From contig JADLDD010000047.1 of NCBI GenBank assembly GCA_020846855.1, positions 10,909-74,908 on the forward strand: a stretch of DNA of 64,000 nucleotides, given 5' to 3'. Below, piece by piece: positions 63,448 through 64,000 of the stretch (position 1 is its first letter; each line of letters opens with the position of its first letter). Position numbers and translations under genes: made by a program. The notes below the pieces were generated by a model. It was not told where the DNA came from and made no database searches. It worked only from the letters and a program-made list of their open reading frames with translations. This stretch comes from Acidimicrobiia bacterium. GTDB lineage: Bacteria; Actinomycetota; Acidimicrobiia; IMCC26256; JADLDD01.

Positions 63448-64000
63448 TCAGGCGGTGGTGCCCGGCGGGGCGACGAACACCGCCACGGGTTCTCCGAGCT
63501 CGAGCATCCGCCGGGTGTCGCGCTCGACCTCGGGCGGCAGGTCGGGAGCCAGGGCGAGGAGGAAGAGCTGGGAGTCGAGCAGGGGGAGCAGGTCGTCGCG
63601 CCCGCCGCTCCGGAGCCGGCGATCGACGCGGGCGTGCAGCCGCCGGAACTCCGCCCGCTCGGCGCGGCTGCGCGGATCGCCGTAGGCGATCTCGGTGGCG
63701 TCCGGGACGGCGCGCCACACGTCGATGGCGGTACCGACCGCCAGGTGGACGGTGGCGCGCGCATCTCGGTCCGCGACGACTCGGTGGCCGCGGGCCCCGC
63801 CCCGGTAGAGCGGGACGTCGGCCACCCCGACCGGGATGCCGACCCGCTCGAGCTCGTTGATCAGTCCCCAGCCCTGCCCGCCCAGGCTGACGGTGTCGGT
63901 CCAGGTGACGACGAACCGCTCGCCCCTCAGGGGTTCCTCGGCCATGCGGGCGCGCAGCGCCGTGGCGGTCGGGGCCACCACCTCCCCCAGCGCCGCGCCC
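63448..64000 (-). CDS. Polytopic membrane protein, paralog 4 of 4 (only the C-terminal domain is in the window; gene continues past the right edge)
   Basis: ORF 63448-63981 and beyond. GQGWGLINELERVG, HLAVGT, DPRSRAERAEF, PVAVFVAPP align with the C-terminal domains of paralogs 1-3. Confidence 0.75.
   Translation of the reverse strand, partial: GAALGEVVAPTATALRARMAEEPLRGERFVVTWTDTVSLGGQGWGLINELERVGIPVGVADVPLYRGGARGHRVVADRDARATVHLAVGTAIDVWRAVPDATEIAYGDPRSRAERAEFRRLHARVDRRLRSGGRDDLLPLLDSQLFLLALAPDLPPEVERDTRRMLELGEPVAVFVAPPGTTA

Overview
Very GC-rich (judged by eye, not computed), gene-dense chromosomal window. It reads like a high-GC Actinomycetota genome: a WhiB-family regulator, a MoxR/DUF58/DUF4350/DUF4129 cluster, an ArsA pair next to whiB, ask-asd, many -10-box-N6-8-start (leaderless-type) arrangements, and frequent GTGA/ATGA start-stop overlaps. 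Any finer lineage call would be inference.

Because of the GC content, the six-frame track is full of long spurious ORFs (for example 13192-17214, 8855-10777, and the upstream parts of 21725-25480 and 57610-60453). I only call ORFs whose translation shows family motifs I recognise, or clear membrane/lipoprotein logic. All start codons were chosen by eye.

I support 58 protein genes (2 edge-truncated), one VapC pseudogene remnant, one tRNA-Pro(CGG), and a set of promoters, operators, hairpins and tandem repeats. I saw no rRNA, CRISPR, transposase, integrase or phage genes.

Blocks:
1. 1-634: metY 5' end and its control region.
2. 635-9487: an envelope-associated MoxR AAA+/DUF58/DUF4350/DUF4129/SpoIIM-like/RDD cluster, bracketed by two DUF2752 genes and a CD225 (dispanin-like) gene.
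3. 9521-25422: scattered ethylmalonyl-CoA-pathway and acyl-CoA genes (thiolase, ccr, epimerase, pccB plus epsilon subunit, CoA-transferase, acyl-CoA ligase, ecm/meaA, hbd), with passengers (hsp20, a lipoprotein, a VapC remnant, a degenerate GGDEF protein).
4. 25548-31446: an S51 peptidase and a Liv-type ABC importer with a triple-fused permease-permease-ATPase.
5. 31424-39255: PPIase, ask-asd, a secreted CocE/NonD hydrolase, a UbiB kinase and tRNA-Pro.
6. 39270-43616: receiver, ArsA pair, NfeD and WhiB.
7. 43653-46792: selB-selA, with no selC or selD in view.
8. 46902-53179: MBL hydrolase, Mrp, a Cys-rich ArsR-type regulator, IscA, a compact 2Fe-2S/molybdo-hydroxylase-like fusion and glnII.
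9. 53256-64000: the most unusual region. Four paralogous about 610-650-aa polytopic membrane proteins with a GT-C-like layout are interleaved with ridA and a two-SDR + small protein + GMC flavoprotein operon. I propose this as an undescribed lipid-linked glycan donor/transfer locus (inference).
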